DNA of 64,000 bases from Clostridia bacterium. GTDB taxonomy: Bacteria; Bacillota; Clostridia; Oscillospirales; CAG-272. The position numbers and the translations under genes were made by a program. Below, one piece after another: positions 59,910 through 64,000 of the stretch (positions within the stretch are counted from its first letter, which is position 1; each line of letters begins with the position of its first letter). The notes under the pieces are model-generated. The model was not told the DNA's origin. It was given only the letters and a program-made list of their open reading frames with translations, and made no database searches. The stretch covers positions 2,889 through 66,888 of the forward strand of contig JAFUQQ010000009.1 of assembly GCA_017472285.1 (NCBI GenBank). Reading direction: 5' to 3'.

Positions 59910-60881
59910 TTATTTTCCCCCTTTGGTTTCTTTTTTCTCTTTTATTTTTTGATGACGGAGATGAAAACGCTTTCTGCCCGAGAAATATTTCTTCTTCCAA
60001 TACGGAACGGCAAGGAAGAATGCAACAAGGAGCGCGGAAAGCATCTTGAGATAGTTACTGTCAAGACCGAGATAAATAACGGTCGCGTAAACGATATAAT
60101 AAACGATTGCGCCGAGAACGACAGCGATCAGCTTCAAAGCAAAATTGTTTCTGCAAAGCCAAGAGAAAAGCGCGTCACCGATACAGATTGCGGCAAGACC
60201 GATAACGATCGCGCCTTTACCCATATTCGCATCGGCATTACCCTGATACTGTGCAAGAAGACCGCCGGAAAGCGCAACAAGACCGTTGGAAAGAACAAGA
60301 CCGAAAATTTTTCTGTTGTCAGTATTGATACCCTGTGCGCGGCTCATCGCAAGGTTTGCACCGGTCGCACGGAGAGAACAACCGTATTCCGTACCGAAGA
60401 AACAATACAAACCTGCGATCAGAACGATACAGAAGAGCTCCAGAACGATGATCGTATGATTGATATCGAGCTGAGAAACTAAAAGATCGTATTTTCTTGC
60501 GGGAAGCGCAAGATTGGATGCGCTGGCACGTGCGGGTTCAAAGCCAAGACCCATAAGCTTCAGGTTGACAGACCAGAGAATAAGCTGCGTCAGAATACCC
60601 GAAAGGATCGGCGGAATACCCATAAAGGTATGGAAAAGACCTGTGACAAGACCCGCAAGCATACCTGCAATAAAAGCACCCAGAAGTGCGATCCAGACGT
60701 TACAGCCCTTGCTCATCAGAACGGCGCAGACAGCCGCGCCTGTACAGATCGAACCGTCGACCGTCAGATCGGCAATATCAAGGATCTTGTAAGTAATATA
60801 AACACCGATCGCCATGATGCCCCAGATCATACCTTGGGCAACGGCGGGCGGCAATGCCTTGAAATAAGTTAAAATATCCAT
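59910..60881 (-). CDS. ABC transporter permease (BPD_transp_2 type)
   Basis: Multi-TM protein. Start at MDILTYFKALP with GGAAAGGGA RBS. Confidence 0.85.
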   Translation of the reverse strand: MDILTYFKALPPAVAQGMIWGIMAIGVYITYKILDIADLTVDGSICTGAAVCAVLMSKGCNVWIALLGAFIAGMLAGLVTGLFHTFMGIPPILSGILTQLILWSVNLKLMGLGFEPARASASNLALPARKYDLLVSQLDINHTIIVLELFCIVLIAGLYCFFGTEYGCSLRATGANLAMSRAQGINTDNRKIFGLVLSNGLVALSGGLLAQYQGNADANMGKGAIVIGLAAICIGDALFSWLCRNNFALKLIAVVLGAIVYYIVYATVIYLGLDSNYLKMLSALLVAFFLAVPYWKKKYFSGRKRFHLRHQKIKEKKETKGGK

Positions 60882-60963
60882 GAAAAGAGTCCCTTTCCTA
60901 ATGTAAATGAAATGCGGCAGAAACAGCATCGGCGTACCGATGCTGTTTTATGCCGTATTGAAA

Positions 60964-61956
60964 TTATTCTGTTACGATTGCAACGTAGCCCTGTGCTTCG
61001 AGAGCATCGGTATCGATACCGAGTTCATCACAGATGTCCTTATTGTATTTCTTTGTGAAGGTAGCCGCATATTCAATGGGCATTTCTTCAATCTTAGCTT
61101 CACCCTTGAGGATCTTAGCAGCCATCTTACCGGTTGCTACGCCGAGGTCATAATAGCTGATGGTGAGAGTTGCGATACCGCAACCCTTGCAGGTTGCTTC
61201 TTCACCCGCGATAACAGGTTTCAAATTGCCTGCCATTGCGCCATAGATCGTCTGTGCAGCGGAAGCAGCAGCGTTATCTGTGGGAACGTAGAGAGCATCG
61301 CAAGCGGAAGCAGCGTTCTGCGTGATAGCAGCGATATCGTTAGAGTCGGAGAAGGGATATTCGTTAACGGTGATGTTCTTTGTTTCGAGATATTCCTTAA
61401 CGACTTTTACCTGATATGCGGAGTTTGCTTCTGTGGAGCTGTAAATGATACCGACGGTCTGAACACCGGGAACGAGGTCGATAATCATCTGTGCCTGTTC
61501 AGCAAGAGGAGCAAGGTCGGAAGTACCGGAAACGTTGCCGCCAACAAGACCTGTAAAGTTGTCGATGTCAAGAGCAACACCGTATTCGGTAATGGATGTA
61601 CCGAGGATCGGAATGGTCGTGGTTGCGTTTGCGGTAGCCTGGAGGGCGGGAGTTGCGTTTGCAAGGATAAGGTCAACTTCCTTAGTTACGAACGTGCTGG
61701 CAATGGTAGCGCAAGTATCGGGAGAGTTTGCTGCATCCTGGAAAAGAAATTCAACGTTTTCTTCGCCGAGTTCTGCAATAAGAGCATCCTTGAAGCCCTG
61801 TGTTGCCGCGTCGAGTGCGTCGTGGATCATGAGCTGGTTGATACCGACTACGTATTTGCCATCGTCAGTTTTGTCTTCTTTGTTGCCGCAAGCAACGAAT
61901 GCGAGCGCGAATGCCGCAACGAGTGCAAGAGCAAGAAGTCTTGTGAAAAGTTTCAT
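60964..61956 (-). CDS. ABC transporter substrate-binding lipoprotein (ABC_sub_bind / COG2984 type)
   Basis: Lipobox 'FVACG' and 'IHDALDAATQGFKDAL...LILANATPALQA...NVSGTSDL'. Start at MKLFTRLL. Confidence 0.85.
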   Translation of the reverse strand: MKLFTRLLALALVAAFALAFVACGNKEDKTDDGKYVVGINQLMIHDALDAATQGFKDALIAELGEENVEFLFQDAANSPDTCATIASTFVTKEVDLILANATPALQATANATTTIPILGTSITEYGVALDIDNFTGLVGGNVSGTSDLAPLAEQAQMIIDLVPGVQTVGIIYSSTEANSAYQVKVVKEYLETKNITVNEYPFSDSNDIAAITQNAASACDALYVPTDNAAASAAQTIYGAMAGNLKPVIAGEEATCKGCGIATLTISYYDLGVATGKMAAKILKGEAKIEEMPIEYAATFTKKYNKDICDELGIDTDALEAQGYVAIVTE

Positions 61957-61994
61957 AGAAAAGTCCTCTCTTCTTTTTAAAAAATTAATTTTAA

Positions 61995-62315
61995 AATAAA
62001 AACCGCCCCCGCACAAACATACGAGGGCGAATTATTTCCGCGTTACCACCTTGTTTTTTCATTATGCTCACACATAATGACTTTATGGGCATGAATATTC
62101 ATGCACCGACGATGTAACGGTCGAACCCGTCATACACTTGCAGATGTGTTCCATCTGTTCGCATACACCGCTCACGGAGTGAACTTCCGAATCGCTACTG
62201 CCGTTATCTCGCACCAACCGATAACTCTCTGTGCTTGTTCGCGAAACGTACTCTTTCCGATCTCTGCGTTTTCTTTTTTTGAAATGAACGGGGATTGCCC
62301 GCTTCGTTTTGAGGT
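61995..62315 (-). promoter_or_regulatory. T-box riboswitch leader controlling the ABC importer operon
   Basis: The minus strand shows four T-box elements. (1) K-turn/S-turn start CGCAGAGATCGGAAAGAGTA. (2) AG bulge plus distal loop CACAGAGAG..GGTTGGTGCGAG. (3) T-box sequence AAGGTGGTAACGCGG (62038-62052). (4) Terminator CGCCCTC-N12-GGGGGCGGTTTTT. Confidence 0.8.
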
Positions 62316-62322
62316 AGTTTCT

Positions 62323-62351
62323 ATTTTACACGCAGACCTTGATTTTGTCAA
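62323..62351 (-). promoter_or_regulatory. promoter of the T-box leader
   Basis: Minus strand reads TTGACA-N17-TAAAAT. Confidence 0.55.
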
Positions 62352-62436
62352 GCATTTTTTTCAAAAAACACAGCATTATGACCAAAAACGGATTTTTACA
62401 CAAATCTTTTTATGCATTTTTGTATAAAATGCCATT

Positions 62437-63354
62437 TTATGATTCTTTTGAATACATTTCAGAAAGAATCTTTTGAATCTGCTCTTTTTTTGCAAGACCT
62501 TCTCCGAAAGCAGAAGCACTCCCTGCCGCAATACCAAGCTCAAGTGCTTTTTCAAAATTTTTCTCAAGGGAATATCCCGCAAGAAAGCCTGCAACCATCG
62601 AATCTCCCGCGCCGACAGAATTGATCACGCGCCCCTTCGGCGCATCCGCTTCATAGACCGCATCCGCCGTCACGAGAACCGCACCCTTCTCCGCCATCGA
62701 AACCATGACGTTCTCCGCGCCCATTTCCAAAAGTTTTTTTGCATAAATAACCGCTTGTTCCCGTGTTTCTATACAAACACCGAACAATTCCGAAAGCTCA
62801 TGATGATTGGGTTTGATAAGAAACGGTCTGCAAGGTAAAATCTCCGTCAGCAAAGCACCCGAAGCATCAACAACGGTCTTAATATCCTTGCCAGATACCC
62901 GTTCCGCAATCTTCCGATAGACCGAAGTGCCAAGCATTTTCGGCGCGCTTCCCGAAAGAACGAGAATATCTCCCGCTTTTACACTTTCTGCTATCTTCAT
63001 CAATAACCTCTCCCAATCTTCCGCGGAAATATAGGGACCGCTTCCGTTGATCTCCGTTTCCTCTCCGCTTTTCAATTTCACGTTAATACGCGAAACGCCT
63101 TTCTCCAAACGAATGAAATCCTCTTTGCATCCCGTTTCCCGTATGCGCCTTGCGATTTCATCTCCCGTAAAGCCCGCAAGAAAACCGAGTGCTTTCGTTT
63201 CACAGCCAAGCTCATGCAAAACGAGCGAAACGTTGATACCTTTACCGCCCGCAAGTATCATCTCGCTTGCCGTCCTGTTCACGATGCCCTCTCTGAAATT
63301 TTCGACTCTTACGATATAGTCCAAAGATGGATTTAAAGTAACCGTATATATCAT
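62437..63354 (-). CDS. pfkB: 1-phosphofructokinase family hexose kinase (PfkB family)
   Basis: 'MIYTVTLNPSLDY', 'GGKGINVS' and C-terminal 'VNSVGAGDSMVAGF'. Start with GAGG RBS. The upstream extension crosses a repeat and is rejected. Confidence 0.85.
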   Translation of the reverse strand: MIYTVTLNPSLDYIVRVENFREGIVNRTASEMILAGGKGINVSLVLHELGCETKALGFLAGFTGDEIARRIRETGCKEDFIRLEKGVSRINVKLKSGEETEINGSGPYISAEDWERLLMKIAESVKAGDILVLSGSAPKMLGTSVYRKIAERVSGKDIKTVVDASGALLTEILPCRPFLIKPNHHELSELFGVCIETREQAVIYAKKLLEMGAENVMVSMAEKGAVLVTADAVYEADAPKGRVINSVGAGDSMVAGFLAGYSLEKNFEKALELGIAAGSASAFGEGLAKKEQIQKILSEMYSKES

Positions 63355-63389
63355 AAATAACCTCACAATAAAGCTTTTTGCAGAGATAT

Positions 63390-63418
63390 GGGGAGGTGCT
63401 TTTTTAAAAGCCCTCCCC
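63390..63418. repeat. GGGGAG-palindrome element, degenerate copy
   Basis: GGGGAGGTGCTTTTTTAAAAGCCCTCCCC, between pyk and pfkB. Confidence 0.7.
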
Positions 63419-63432
63419 AAGAAAATCGTATT

Positions 63433-64000
63433 TTAAATCGTTTCGACTTTGATCAGATTGGTCGTACCGGATTTACCTGTAACACCACCCGTGATAACGA
63501 TCGTATCGCCACGCTTCAGGAAAAGCTCTTTCTTTGCCGCATTTTTTGCGTGATAGAAAAGAACTTCTGTGGACGGAAATTCTTCAGCCATAATAGGCGT
63601 TACGCCCCAAGAAAGCGCAAGCTTTCTCCAAACCGCCTCGTTTGTCGTCATACCGATGATATCCGTCGGCGCACGGAAACGGGATACCATCCGTGCCGTC
63701 AGACCCGACATCGTACAAACGACGATCACTTTGGCTTTGATATCGATCGCCATGCTACAGGTCGAGTGAGAGATCGCGTCAGATGCGTCTTGAATCTGGA
63801 ACTGATAGGTACGGAACAGTTCTTCGTAATCAATATTGCGTTCCGCTTCTTCCGCAATCTTAGACATGGTCTGTACGGTCAGAACGGGATATTTGCCTGC
63901 CGCGGTTTCACCGGAAAGCATGATCGCGCTTGTGCCATCGTATACAGCGTTCGCAACGTCAGAAATTTCCGCACGTGTTGGACGGGGATTATGGATCATG
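63433..64000 (-). CDS. pyk: pyruvate kinase, C-terminal part (5' end lies beyond the window)
   Basis: '[33 protein letters not shown]' and a C-terminal regulatory domain. The ORF runs off the window edge. Confidence 0.9.
   Translation of the reverse strand, partial: MIHNPRPTRAEISDVANAVYDGTSAIMLSGETAAGKYPVLTVQTMSKIAEEAERNIDYEELFRTYQFQIQDASDAISHSTCSMAIDIKAKVIVVCTMSGLTARMVSRFRAPTDIIGMTTNEAVWRKLALSWGVTPIMAEEFPSTEVLFYHAKNAAKKELFLKRGDTIVITGGVTGKSGTTNLIKVETI

Overview
The window looks like a chromosomal segment of a Clostridia-type Firmicute, possibly Oscillospiraceae/Ruminococcaceae-like. The gene content supporting this is GlnRS plus GluRS, [FeFe]-hydrogenases, YlmC/YmxH, a T-box leader and a PadR-DUF1700-DUF4097 module. 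I call about 62 protein genes, 2 tRNAs (Val-GAC, Gln-CUG), 1 T-box leader and 1 frameshifted pseudogene. I found no CRISPR array, rRNA, transposase or integrase.

Gene blocks:
- GH10-like and GH78-like glycosidases, gap and an XRE regulator (0.2-5.8 kb).
- AIM24 plus a giant BcrAD/BadFG-type activase fusion (5.9-11 kb).
- A long minus-strand gene train: gltX, glnS, LUD protein, SufC/SufBD-like pair, EamA, nagB, esterase (11.2-19.6 kb).
- Envelope and efflux genes (19.8-25 kb).
- An AT-richer gene of unknown function bracketed by two tRNAs (25.2-27.6 kb).
- FeoA plus a FeoB that lacks its G-domain.
- An orphan sigma factor and small zinc-ribbon proteins.
- rpsB-tsf.
- A ~4 kb accessory patch (35.1-39.1 kb): a GNAT cassette with inverted repeats, an XRE cassette and a broken hydrolase.
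- ilvBNC-ilvD-(DUF815 ATPase)-ilvA.
- M48 protease and metA/metY.
- An H2-sensing-type [FeFe]-hydrogenase signalling cluster (50.7-56.4 kb).
- A DUF4317 protein and an exonuclease-BRCT protein.
- A T-box-controlled ABC importer.
- pfkB and the 3' part of pyk.

The signals most worth a second look:
1. An exact 17-bp dyad motif present five times within the first 6 kb, independent of reading frame.
2. A family of GGGGAG...CTCCCC palindromic intergenic elements (at least 10 copies).
3. The kinase / PP2C / HydS / HydA cluster.
4. The GNAT cassette flanked by 21-bp inverted repeats just downstream of tsf, next to a self-contained XRE plus membrane-protein cassette.
5. A DUF815 AAA ATPase translationally embedded in the ilv operon.

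All functional calls come from motif recognition by eye, not from database searches.
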